Assembly (NCBI GenBank): GCA_965644295.1 | Contig: CBFFRP010000426.1 | Span: forward strand, 124,001 to 188,000 | DNA length: 64,000 nt | Direction of reading: 5' to 3' | Origin: Paraphysomonas bandaiensis | Taxonomy: Eukaryota > Protista > Chrysophyceae | Shown: piece by piece, positions 37,753 through 51,522 of the stretch | Layout: every line of letters starts with the position of its first letter | How positions within the stretch are numbered: position 1 is the first letter of the stretch | Program-made: the position numbers and the translations under genes | Notes under the pieces: model-generated | The model's database searches: none | What the model was told of the DNA's origin: nothing | What the model saw: the letters and a program-made list of their open reading frames with translations, nothing else

Positions 37753-39585
37753 ATGGGCTTCTGGGTTCTTGAGTGCATCCCTGTCTTACTCATTATCCTA
37801 CTATCCAGTATACATATCTGTGTATTTGGATATATGCAAGCTGCTGTCTTCTTCTTAAAGATATGCGCTCTGTGCTTCACAACCGCCTCACAAGAACGCT
37901 CATTGGGGTTTTCTATGTCAACTCTATTGGGTCTAGTCTCTGCTAGTACACTCAAGCTCTACATAACCTCAATATACTATCCAAATGATTTGTCGTTAGT
38001 GTGGCTGGATATGGACTTCTGTATAGTTACCACATCAATAGCGATGCAGCTTGTAAAAGTATGTAGTGTTGGAAAAGTTGGTATTGTGACTGCTGTATCA
38101 TCAATGATATTGCTCGCCATTAATGGGTTCCGTGGTGTGGACATGTCAGCTGGCCTTGTGTGCCTTCTTGCGATAGCTGTTGGTATGATGAAACTCAGAC
38201 TTCCAGACTATGAAGCAGTGTTGTTTTTCTGGGGATTTCGTGTATCAGTGCCCTTTGTGCTGAGCCCAACAATGCACTATTTTCCACTACCTCTTGATTC
38301 ACTTGGTTTAGTTCTCATGATATCAGCTGCAGGAATCTGCTGTACAATACTAGCAGGTATTGTTGTTTTTCCTACATTTTTCTTATCATCTTTGCTCTGT
38401 AGGTGTTGTTCTTGGTATTTTGCAATCGCTGATTGCGCATAAAATTCATCCACCAACATCTGGTGTACGCACATACAATGTTCTTGGGTCGAGCTTATTT
38501 GTTGCTGCACTGGGTGTATGTGTCGTAGGCGGGATGTTTCCCGTTATGCAGAATCTTATTTCATTATACGATCCCCAGTACCCCCACCCTCTTATTTGGG
38601 TGCTCTATTTTCTTTTTCCCTCTCGTGTATTGATATGTGTATATTGGATAATACTCATATTAGTATCTTTGCCTGTTATCCAGATGTTAGGGAATATTCC
38701 TGCTGTACCACAGATATGTGTGCGCAAAGCATTCCACCTGTTGAGTGTAATTTTGTTTGCGCCTATCATTGAGATGGATGTGGAGATGCTAGCACTCTCT
38801 CTGGCAGTTGCATTTTGCGCCCTCTTGGTTGTGGAATACGTCAGGTGTAATAGCTGCAGCATCATTTGTGATGTTTCATGTGTTTTAGGTATTTCAATGT
38901 ATTTGGTATTGCATCCAGTCCAGTGGGAAAATACTTCGATATATTCATTGACGAAAGGGACCGCAGTAACGCACTTGCGCTAACACACTTGGAGCTCCTT
39001 GGAGGTTGTGCCGCACCCGTTTGGGTGTACTGTCTGCTGATAGCTGTACAGACAGACCCTGAAAGGCTAAGTAGTTTGAGGCTACTCCCACATGTGGGAT
39101 GGCTGACAGTGGGGTTGGGAGATGCAGCTGTAAGTATTATGTTGATATATCTGCGAACTATGCTAATTCAACTATTATTCATGCGTAATGTTAGGCGGCG
39201 GTAATAGGGAGCATATGGGGACGGCATCAGTGGCGTGGTAAATTGGGTGGACTGAAGGTTAGCCCTATAGTTGAGAGGCGGAGTGTGGAAGGGTCGCTGG
39301 CTGGGTTCACGACGATGGTAGTAGTATCAGGTAAATGCATATTTTACTGGTGGGTATAATTTGAGGTACTTTGCGTAGGTGCACTATCACTTGTGGCTGA
39401 AGATTATCACAATCAGGTATGGTTGAAGAATGTGTTACCATATTTTAATTAATAATCTGAAGGTTGTTAGTATGATCATCGTTTCAGCATTTGCAGCAAT
39501 ATTGGAGACTATCACTGTCGAGGCTGATAATGTTGTAATGCCATTGTGCTCTATGTTGATATATATCCTAATTATAGATAGATAG
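37753..39585 (+). CDS. DOLK: Dolichol kinase (SEC59/DOLK family), multi-exon
   Basis: RKAFHLL, FIDERD...LTHLELLGGCAAP, VGLGDAA-AAVIG...GRHQW, RSVEGS and LETITVEADNVVMP; polytopic membrane protein; introns include 38357-38402. Confidence 0.88.
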
Positions 39586-39968
39586 AAAAGTGTCGCGTAT
39601 TTCTCAAGACTATATTAGATTTCACATGTGCGAAAATGGTTTTCAGGCTAATTCTCTCGTTGTGTTTTTAGTAATAGATGTTAATTGCGTGAGTTCGCCT
39701 AAATGTTGGCATTTTTGTTATATTCTCAGAGTCGTGTTTATAGAAACTAGTTTAGCTGCAGTAGTGAGGGACGAAAAGGATTATGATAGTGACTGACAAT
39801 TCGTTGTATCCGGCATCATGAAAGTTGGAACACTCATTCTACTGAAGTTTTACTACCTTTCATGGATTTATAAAATAACAATGTTTTATGTTTTTATACT
39901 AATACATTGATACTGGCTGACTTTACTCTCCATTAAGGAAGTCCATTTAAATCTTGGTGAGTGACAAT

Positions 39969-40124
39969 CAGGGCTGTAATCAATTAAATATTACATATCA
40001 GGGCTGCGAATCATTTAATATGTACCGACCAATTAATTTCTGATTAATTGAAATAGGTTTTCATCATCTAGAGTTGAAATTATTATATGCTGTCCGAATT
40101 TCAAGGAATTGATACTCAGCCCAG
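39969..40124. mobile_element. Degenerate hAT-like MITE
   Basis: Begins CAGGGCTG and ends CAGCCCAG (imperfect TIR); flanked by GTGACAAT and GCGACAAT (8-bp TSD, 7/8 match); the left end is repeated again at 39999. Confidence 0.5.
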
Positions 40125-40555
40125 GCGACAATATATCTATTGTGATTACAATACTAGGTAGATATATAATATATGACATTTCAGAATTAGTAGATTGAAT
40201 TCGAGCATATAAATTCGATTAATTGCAATGTGTATCATTGTTACATATTACTGATACATTCCTTAAATTAAGTACACAAAATTTAATTATATTCAATGAG
40301 AATTCAGAAATCTTATACAGGTCACTATACTATAAACTATAAACAATATAATAGTTTGTTATTAGTCAATATTCAACAAATGCTATTGTTATACATCGTC
40401 AATCTCCTACGTAGCCTCACTGGTTGTCACTAATCGGACATAAATAATATATATACAACGACAAAGAAAGATAGCTTATAGCAGATATATAAAGTATTCG
40501 AAAACAAGCTATCTAGGCTACAAAACAAACAATCCGTTTAACAACTAGTCTTGAT

Positions 40556-43500
40556 TTATGTATTCTGAGCTGCCATCGCGGCTACCATCGTCGCTATAAC
40601 TTCGCCAACCAGCACCGAGAGATTCTAGAATATACATTACATAATTTTAAATATAGATATAATTTTTACCTTGACAGGCTCGTGCGATCTGCTTTTACGC
40701 ATCGAACACATAACTGCCTTGAATGCAATTACGCAAATAACCCATTGCCACTGCGGGAACCTCATTAACTTTCGATGGTAGGGAAATACCGTCGATGACG
40801 CCGTTTTTTGTGCCGACTCTCCGCCAGGAAGTATATCTGCTATCAACTGCTGCACCTCATCGGCGCTGACAATTTGGGGGATAATTTTAATGCGCGTCAG
40901 CGCTGCTACAATGGGGTCATCCTGTGATAGACTCGCTCGAGTTGGAATTCCTCTGCGGATTGGAGAGACAACAACAGGACCGACCGCTGTATGCTTCGAT
41001 GAGAGCCGCTTGAGCTGTTTCTGATCCGCTTCGAATAAAATTAACATATCTTTCTCGCATGCCTCTATGCGGAAGAGAATATCCAAGGAGAACATGAGGC
41101 TATGCTCATCCCGATCTCTGGCATCATCCGGAGAGGCCAATACCAGGCTCCGTTGCAGTGGTGGAAGTACACACTCCTCAAGAAGGCGGCGAAACGAAGC
41201 GGATTCCATCATGATTTTCGACCACATCACAAACCACTTCTCGTCCTTATCAGCAGACATGTGCTGACTATCCTCTCGAGATAAAGACAGTGAAATAGTG
41301 TGGGGAGAAAAAACGGGGAGTTGTACCGTGCCTTCGAACCGGAGTTGAGCAAACGCACAAAGAAAAACAAGAAACTCCTCGAAAGAGAGCAAGGGTGAGG
41401 TAGACTCGCCGTCTTGGTCATCTCCTGCAGAATTGGAATGAAGGGGACTCTGTGCAAGAGAGTGCGCAGATATCTGGTGCAGCAGCACGCCCACATCGGA
41501 AAGCATTGTTGTATCTGTGAGAAGATCCAGTTTGGAAAGGAGAGCAAAGAGATTAGGACCAGATAACTTCCCAGGGTCAGAACTATCTCCGCAGGAACAA
41601 TATGTCGCGAACACCGGCCAAAGTGCTTCTTTTGTTCCCTCAAGTATCTGGTCATTTTGTACACATGCAGTATCTTTAGTCGTTTTCACAGTATCGACCT
41701 CAAGAACAGACTCGCCACTGTGCAATAATCCCTTGGGCGGTGACACTGGTGGTCGGGTGTCAATCTTAAGTGCATCCAAAACTTCACGCCTTATACTTGA
41801 ACCCGTCATTCGCGGTGGACTTCTTCCAGTAAAAACCACCGAATTACCACTGGCCGACGTAATAGACGAGGTATTCGTTTCCTGTGTTCGCATTGCCAGA
41901 ATCTTATTCAGCATCTCTGCACTGCGGGTCTCCACGGTCCGCAGTAAGTCGCTGATGTCTCCATCCTGTGTAGAAGATACAAAGGTTGATTCATTAATTG
42001 TAGAGGTCAGTGATGACAGTTTAGACATGTTGAAATCAGGAGACAGGGATGTTCTATGCTGAATGGTAGCAGGAGACAGAGAATCACCGTGAGGTGCCAA
42101 TTTCGCAGATTGTCCAACAGTAGTTGGTGAGAGCAACATTTTCGGAAGCATACGTACACTACTAGATACTTGAACAGATACCCTCTTCGGGATAATAGCA
42201 GCTTCTTTCAACAAAGATATGAGAGGACTCATATAATCCATTCCCCAGGTACTACCAGCACCATCGGCATTACGTGTTCTGAACAGTGTGTCCGCACTAC
42301 TCTCGCGGGAATTCGACTGTAGTGTAGGCTGGTTGTGCCCCAGAGAGGAACGATAGGCTTCACAATAGATAGACACTGAAGAGTCCATCATTGTGGGACA
42401 AGCTTTTTTGACTGCATCAAAGAGTTCAGTCTTAGAGCAATCTTTGTGTAAAGCTCCAACGCTTTCCCAAAGGGAGTACGCACAACGAATCAACAACTCC
42501 TCAAACTCGGTAAGTGATATACCAATATCGTTTTCGGCTGACGGGGGCTGTACATTACTCTGAACTGTGTATTGGTCCTGGGACTCATTCAAAAATGACG
42601 GCTGTGATAACTTGTATGTTCCCCTAATTCTTGAACACAGAGATGCTTTCATAAGAACAGAGGCAGTCCCAAGAGTAAAAGCTGATGAAGATACAATGTA
42701 TCTGCACACGTCAAATAGAAGGGGCTCTTTTTCGCCATTCAAAGCACATGGTGAACAATTTCCCAGGGCTTTATAGGTGTCAAGCATCCATTTATATTCC
42801 CGATTCAACGCGGCAATGACACGATGACCACCATATCGGAGCAAGTCTTCCAGAGGCACGTACTTCCCTTTCCCTGGTGATCGGGTCGGGGGTAGCTCAT
42901 CATCTGCCGCCCCTGCCAAGCATGGAATGATGCTAGTGTGTAGAACTCTAACTGAGCTGGAAGGGCATGAATTGTGAGGAATGGACAATTGAAGATGCCC
43001 CAGGAGGTTCAATAAGGAGGCTGGATCCATCGATGTAGTCAGTGGTGGGATCACAGAGTCACCCCATTCCTGCAGCCTAGAAGGTGGGAAAGCGTCTACA
43101 AGAGCCTTCCTAAAGGCGGACCATGCAATCGACAATGAAACCAGGGTGCCTGTGACACCACTGCACTTGCAGAAATGAACAAATCGAGGGGCATCCCACA
43201 ACTCGAGTGCTGGGCGTGGAGGGACTTTCATAAAACCTACAGATGAGGTAGCTCGTTTGGTAGCCGTCAATGGAAGAGTATTATAGAAATTCGTCATACT
43301 AAATTCAACAATTTCCTCAAGGCTTGGCTCACCCTCACCAAGTATACCGGAAAATATCCCATCAACAGAGTTGGATTCCAGTAGCTCAATACTTGATGAA
43401 ACACGATCAAATAGATCTGTTAACTGTCTTCTCTTGCCTTCCTCTGATGATTCAGAGGTGGAAAAGCAGCACAACAGCACAAAAACAATGAAGCTGGAGA

Positions 43501-46311
43501 AGGTCAACGTTGATACACCTGAGAGTGTTGTTATCATAATAAACAACTCTTCACACCTCTCCTTCTCCCACTCATGTCCAATCGCCCACTCCACTGCTGC
43601 ACGCTGTGAAATCTGCATATCTGACGCTCTATCTAACAACACCGCACGTGAGGGGAACGGTGTGACTACGTCTTCAAGAAAGGGATTACGGCGAACGCCT
43701 TGTAAGGTAGACATAGACTTTCTAGTAAAATAATTTCCCCGTAAACAACGTAAATACTCCCATAGAAAAAGAAAGCTTCCTTCGCGCATTAGCGTCAAAT
43801 TCGAAAAAGTAAACATGCCATCTATCATGTCCATAAGCTTCTCAAGAATACTGCGGACATCGTCGGAGTCGGAAGTTGGACTTAACGCATGACGAAGAAA
43901 TAATTCCAATTCCTTCGCCCCTATTTTAAAACTTGTGCAAATATATCGAAAGTCCAGTTGCAGGCCCGCGAACTCCTTGTTAGCGTCAGTTAAGTATGTG
44001 ATGTCGTGTCGACTTTTTGCTGGATCCGATATTAAGTCAGTCAGATCCCAGGGTGTCAACGATAATGAGTTCACAGGAAAATGGAGAAGAAGTAATACTA
44101 CGACCTGCTGAGTAAAAGACATGTCTATATGCTTCAACGATTTGGATATGTCAGTTCGGCGGAAAGCACATAAATTTGCAGCCGTCAAAAGGCTGTTCAA
44201 GATGTTACAAAGATCCGAGGAGAAGTTCTCAACTGCGACGACCTCGCGCTCACTGTCATTAGATATTCCGTGATTACTATTCGGATCCACCTTACTCTCT
44301 TCAAATTGCCTAATAGTAATTCGATCCATTATCGGTCGGTCTACAGTCATAGGATCGCATATTTCCAGCAGAAGACAAAGTCGATGCACTCTGTCCTCAA
44401 CTGCAAATTGTGTGATTACATGTGAGTGATAACCATCACTAAGATGCATCGATGTTTCAGGTGCCAATGCAGTCCACGTTCCCTCTTCATCATCCTTGGT
44501 GAGTCGTGAAAGTAAAATACAGTCAGGAGACGGGCTGAACTCTTCCCCCACACCACCAAACACAACCTGCGCAACACCAAAAATAACCTCCATAGCCTCC
44601 CGCATTGATAACTTCTCAGCATCCGCTATAGTTTCCTGGTAGCATACATCACGCGATAGTACATATGATGCTGTAGATATAACCACATCCAGTTGAGCGA
44701 AGTGGGGTACAATCCCCGCTTCCGTCAATAAATCAACTAGTGGGTTGAAATAGACATTACGTTTCTCTTCAGTCAAACAAAACCCAGAGTAGTCCGGAGG
44801 CATACTAGACAATACACGATCATCCGCTTTAATAGAAGTCATACGTCTAAGAATACGACCCATCGGTTCGTCTAAGTCCCTCAAAACGCGAGCACCACGT
44901 GTGGAGTAGAGGTCCTCAATGAGAGATGGGATGGGTTGTGGACAAGCGAAGAGGAGTGTGGGAAACCGCATCGCAATGACACTGGCATCGACAGCTATGT
45001 CTGACGAGCCAATCAGGCATTGAGTATAGTAATCAGCGGCACTGGAACCGTGAATCAACTGACCAGTAGCTGGCCCATAGTCTCCTGGACAATCGACGCG
45101 TACCCCTCCATCATTCGATGCACATACTGTGGAAAGTGTCCCTGGAACACGACTTACAGGCACTAAAGCCTGTGCCCCTCCGGCAGCTGCCTGCTGGAAT
45201 ACATCACTGAGAGCGCAGAGGTAACTTGGTCCCTGGATTAGACCACCCTGTCGACAGACCCAAAGCAGTAATTTGGGGCTCAGACCGACGGAAAGGCTAT
45301 CGTTGGACTCGTATGTCTTCCAGCTATCCAACGCTCGATGCAGCAAATATTCAGCTGCTGCCTGAAGGATAGCATGTAAGCCGTGGTGATAGGAGGATGG
45401 AGACGACGCTGTTGGTGGGGACTCCACTGAGGAAGCTGCAAAACCCAAAATTTGTAAAAAATCAGAGAAAGTGAGAACGCCGTCCGTGTTATCAGCCTCA
45501 CGAGTTGCTCCAATAGACGCCAAAATCGAGGAGCAGTGCATCAGCTGCTCTGCGTTGACCACCCTGTCAGTAATACCAGTATTCTGGAAAGCTCGTAGTA
45601 ATACATCTACCGGGAGAACGAGATTGTCCTGAACCACCACCCGCCATACATGTGTCAGCGTGCACAGTCTCTGCGGCGCCTTAATCTGTACTGAGGTTAG
45701 CTTACTAGAAATAGTCCACGCATCACTTACATTCTCATGCAGGTGGAAGTACCAGAGTCGAAGGAAACCATGGAAGAGTTGCATGCCCCCAAGTAGAGCT
45801 CCTTTCACCCTGTTGTCAAACTTACTGGAAAAAGTCAACACCTCCCACGAGGAAGCGAGCGGGATAATTCTCTACAACAGCACAATGATAAATGTAAGGA
45901 ATGAGTGGATGACAATTACTTCTGTGAGAAGAATATGGAGCGACTTCCTTGCGCATCCAACGAGGTCGTAGTACAAGAAGCATGCGATTCCACGGAGCCA
46001 AGCGTAAAACTGTTCGTAAGACATCGCACCCCCACTATCTGCACTTGAAGTGTCGTTAGTGGAAAGTCTAGCAGCCTCACATTCCAAGACAGATATCTTA
46101 TTTCCAAGAAGCCCAAGATCTCCCAAGAAGAGCACAAGCCCATCAGTTGCATTGTCTGGATGATCATCCTTTATATATAACGACACATCATATGACATAC
46201 ACTCATATGGTTATCATACAGTACCTTTAATAGATAATGCTCATACATATAGTACAAGAGCTTGGCTATTTCTTGAAGAGACTGTCTGATAGTGCTCTTA
46301 TCGCTATCCAT
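40556..46311 (-). CDS. Large (about 1,850 aa) protein of unknown function with repeated EF-hand-like/p25-alpha-like helical modules
   Basis: 1734-aa ORF plus small 5' exons (ATG 46311, MDSDKSTIRQ) and a 3' exon ending ...AAQNT*. Recurrent motifs MSYEQFYAWL, LTFSDFLQIL, ISLTEFEELLIRCA and VFATYC...KLSGPNLFALLSKL...LSFEEFLVFL. The ORF may contain retained in-frame introns. Confidence 0.7.
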
Positions 46312-46525
46312 TGTATACTTTTCAAATCAAATTGTATGATAGAATACACAGATACATAACTCGATAATCATGTATGTATATGCGGTCTTTCTTATGTGTA
46401 CTTAGAGGTAATTTATTGATAGTGTAGAGATGTGAAGCATTAAGATTGTAAAGACAGACAACCGACTTACGGTTAATGATATAGACTTTTAAGTATATAT
46501 ACCTGTGTTCTTGAATCATCAACCG

Positions 46526-47761
46526 ATACATACATACATACATACATACATACATACATACATACATACATACATACATACATACATACATACATACATA
46601 CATACATACATACATACATACATACATACATACATACATACATACATACATACATACATACATACATACATACATACATACATACATACATACATACATA
46701 CATACATACATACATACATACATACATACATACATACATACATACATACATACATACATACATACATACATACATACATACATACATACTGTACATACAT
46801 ACATACATACATACATACATACATACATACATACATACATACATACATACATACATACATACATACATACATACATACATACATACATACATACATACAT
46901 ACATACATACATACATACATACATACATACATACATACATACATACATACATACATACATACATACATACATGCATACATACATACATACATACATACAT
47001 ACATACATACATACATACATACATACATACATACATACATACATACATACATACATACATACATACATACATACATACATACATACATACATACATACAT
47101 ACATACATACATACATACATACATACATACATACATACATACATACATACATACATACATACATACATACATACTGTACATACATACATACATACATACA
47201 TACATACATACATACATACATACATACATACATACATACATACATACATACATACATACATACATACATACATACATACATACATACATACATACATACA
47301 TACATACATACATACATACATACATACATACATACATACATACATACATACATACATACATACATACATACATACATACATACATACATACATACATACA
47401 TACATACATACATACATACATACATACATACATACATACATACATACATACATACATACATACATACATACATACATACATACATACATACATACATACA
47501 TACATACATACATACTGTACATACATACATACATACATGCATACATACATACATACATACATACATACATACATACATACATACATACATACATACATAC
47601 ATACATACATACATACATACATACATACATACATACATACATACATACATACATACATACATACATACATACATACATACATACATACATACATACATAC
47701 ATACATACATACATACATACATACATACATACATACATACATACATACATACATACATACA
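46526..47761. repeat. (ATAC)n microsatellite, about 1.24 kb, with three TG insertions
   Basis: Read directly; TG interruptions at 46790, 47175 and 47516 and two ATGC variants. Confidence 0.99.
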
Positions 47762-47975
47762 ATGCATGCATATGCGTATGCATACAGTGTATAGTGCAGT
47801 TAGGTATGGTATACTCCATACCATAAACGATTTAATTTTTACAGCGCATGTTCATATTCAGATATCACTCAGGAACACTCACTGTAATTGAATCAACTCT
47901 TCGCTGATTGAACACATCTCAAGAACAGTTCCTTCATAGAGTTGAATATACTTATTCCTTAACAGTAATATCAAT

Positions 47976-50190
47976 ATGGGACTATCATTATTATTTGTTG
48001 TAGTCATCTCTTTGTACTCATCATTAGCTGATGATAACAACCATATGGTGAGCACACATCGTCTACTATATTATGAATGTGTTATTGTATTGCTTTTAGT
48101 ATAACACAGATGAGACTGTTACACTGTGGGTGAATACTGTGGGCCCGTACCACAATCCTCAGGTATACTTTATTCGTTATGCACTCTTGCTCTCACTGCA
48201 GGCACATGTAGGAAACATATCCATACTATGATTTGCCATTTTGTAAACCAGACTTGGGAATAGAAACAAAGAAACGGCCGTCTGGAATCGGGGAAATCCT
48301 TGAAGGAAATGAGCTCCGCAACAGCGGATTCAAACTTCATTTTGCAAGTACGACTGTGAATTCATTCATCTAAAAAATAACTCTTTGCTGTAGGGGATGT
48401 TAGTCGCGAAGATGTTTGTGATATGGTACTGAAGAAAGATGATGCCCGTGAACTGAAGCAAGCTGTTGAGCAACAGGTAACAATAACATGTGAGGTACAT
48501 TTTTTTACACGCTGTGCAGTATTGGTACGAACTGTATCTTGACGACTTGCCTATGTGGGGAATGGTTGGAGAAATCTTACGTGATGAAAAGTCTGGCAAG
48601 ATGATTCCGGTAAGAGTTGTAGTATAGCAGTTGTGAGTAACCTGAACGGCTTTTGCTTTGTAGCATATCTTTACTCATAGAACTCTGAGCTTGTCCTACA
48701 ATGGCAACCGAATTATTGAAGCCAACCTCACCTCCGAGAACCCCGTTCCCATTGAAGTGGGTGCTAATTTACAGTACACCTATACCGTACGGTGGAAGTC
48801 TACTAACAAGCCTTTCGAGACGCGATTCAATAGGTACCTGGAATACGACTTCTTTGAACATCAGATACATTGGTTCTCCATTTTCAACAGCTTCATGATG
48901 GTCATATTCTTGTGCGGATTGGTGGCTCTAATACTGCTTCGTACTCTTCGGAATGATTTTGCTCGGTACGCGAAGGATGATGAACTCGACATGGAGGGAT
49001 CGCGTGTAATGGGTGAGGACTCTGGGTGGAAGCAAGTTCATGGCGATGTATTCCGTCCACCCTCCCACCTCATACTTTTCACAGCCTTGTGGGGGTCAGG
49101 CTGGCAACTCATTGTACTACTTCTGGGAGTTATTCTTTATGCAATGGCAGGTACGTGATGTGTCTAAGCCATATATTATGCACATTCATTTGACTATTAT
49201 TGTCTCTGTGCAGGACCTATGCACGGCTACATGTATGAAGACCGCGGGGAGATGGCTTCAACTTTCATAGTATGCTTCGCCCTTTCTTCCGCTGTGGCTG
49301 GGTTCTCTTCAGGATCCTTCTACAGGAAATACTTTACTTCTGTTCGCGCTGAGCAGAACTCCCAGTGGCAACAGGCCATGCTCTGCACCAGCCTCCTATT
49401 CCCAACAACTGTGGTGGCGATTGTTGCATTGCTCAACTCCATTGCGATATACTACGACACCGTAAATGCGATTCCGGTCATGGTTATTATTAAAATGATT
49501 GCGGTGTGGCTTTTTGTTTCATTTCCCTTGACTGTGGTGGGGACAATATTTGGTAGGCACTTTGTAGGGAAGGTGGATATACCGTGCCGCGTCAACAGCA
49601 TACCGAGGTAAGTCTTGTAAACCCCGCTATACTCCAAGTCCTAACTGAACATGTTTTGGGTCTTCAGGCCTATCCCTAACCCACAATGGTACGCATCCCC
49701 ATGGTTCATTATTCCCATTTCTGGTGTTCTCCCCTTTGGTTCTATATTCATCGAGATGTACTTCGTGTTCACCTCATTCTGGTCGTATAAGTTCTACTAC
49801 GTATATGGCTTCATGCTGCTGGTATACTGTATTCTCGCCATGGTCACAGTTTGCACCACTATTGTTGCAGTATACTTCCTGCTTAACTCAGAGAACTATC
49901 ACTGGCAGTGGATATCTTTCCTTTCTGCGGGGTCTACAGCAGGATATGTGTTCTTTTACTCCGTATATTATTTCACTTACAAAACTCAGATGACAGGGCT
50001 ACTTCAGGTTTCGTTCTACTTCGGCTATATGTAAGAGAATGTTTCGTGATTTGTATTACCCTTATGCCTGTACAATATTCGTTACAGGTTTCTGTTTTGT
50101 TTTTCGCTTTTTCTGATGTGCGGAACAATTGGAGTGTGGGGAGCTGGTATATTCGTCCGGAAGATATATAGCAATGTTAAGATTGATTAG
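47976..50190 (+). CDS. Transmembrane 9 superfamily / endomembrane protein 70 (TM9SF3-like), multi-exon
   Basis: Signal peptide; [101 protein letters not shown]; ends IYSNVKID (KxD/E motif). Confidence 0.96.
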
Positions 50191-50949
50191 AGCAACGTGT
50201 TGGGTGAAGATGTTGGATGAAGAACTGCTTCATATCATCAGAAGAGTAGTGTGGGAAGATAATACATTCGTTATGCTTTCGTAAATTGTTAGTTGCAGGA
50301 GTTTTGATAGCCCTTGAGGGTATGTCTTTGAGTAATTTAATAGCGATGCAATTGTGGTCCTTCGAGTAAATGAGTATAATCTTCTTTTTTATATGATTAG
50401 CTGCAACTAGCAGCATATGAATATGACACTCATCACTCAATTTTGAGGTGGCTATATTTTTAATTATAATCCATATTCTAATATTATTAGCACTTTACAC
50501 AGGTGCGATATCAGTTATGTTATTTTCATTTGATGTTATTTATTTTTTAATATCTGAAATACATATATAATATTTTTATGATTTATGATATTGGGTTAGT
50601 TGTTCAGTTGTACTTATATATCTATTTACGCGGTATATGTATCAAAAGTTGCAAATATTACCGCAGAATATTCATTGTGTTTCCTTTGCGCTGTAGTTGG
50701 CGTTTTAATTCGTTTATTTCGTGAAGATATTTTCAAAATTTTGTCTATTTCACTATTCGATATTCGATATATATTTGGTTAAAATCATGGTTTTCCTATA
50801 ATTTTCGTATAAATTTACGAGGAAATTTCAAGATAGCATTCTATATAAGTGCTCATATGAATCAATCTAGAGCATCTAGCTAGCTAACTAGCTTAAATCA
50901 AGGTCGCATTTGGTGCTTGCGGCGACGCACAAGCAGCTTCTGTAGCGCT

Positions 50950-51127
50950 CAGGCTTGCGTAACCATTAATGGCCATTAATGGCGACGCATTGCTTCCCCC
51001 ATTTTTATGGCCATTAATTTTAAAAATCCCACCATTTTTATGGCCATTAATGGCCATTAATGGACCATTTATGGTTTGATTACTATTGCTTTATTGCCTT
51101 TATTGCATTAATGGTTACGCAAGCCTG
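50950..51127. mobile_element. hAT-like MITE (178 bp) with perfect 22-bp TIRs
   Basis: CAGGCTTGCGTAACCATTAATG ... CATTAATGGTTACGCAAGCCTG; left flank GTAGCGCT, right flank GTAGC-GTAGCGCT (8-bp TSD plus a 5-bp duplication); internal GGCCATTAAT repeats. Confidence 0.8.
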
Positions 51128-51522
51128 GTAGCGTAGCGCTAAATACTAGGATAATGGAATTTGTGCTGATTAGTTATGGGTAGAGGTCTAAATAGTATAT
51201 GTCTAGCATTCAACTAGCCACTATATTGGTGCAGGTTTTTAACGCCTATTTTTAAATAATAAGACTTTCAATATATCTTAAATCAATATTGCAGTCATCA
51301 TTCATCGGACAGTTGTATATTTCATCGGACAGTAATACACTCGATGTGGATTTTAAAAATGCTCTCTTTATCCATATACAAAATAATCATGAGATTTTTA
51401 TTATTTCATGACTGATTAGAATAATAGACACCTCCTGAAAACTAGGCCATAATGCATAATATGAATAGAGACATTTCAAAACATCCAGAGGTCCATACTA
51501 TGCAGCAGAGAGGCATATCATT

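Noticed and set aside
46322-47891. Long 300-500 aa (MYVC)n / (HTYI)n ORFs
   Set aside because: Same microsatellite artefact in several frames on both strands.
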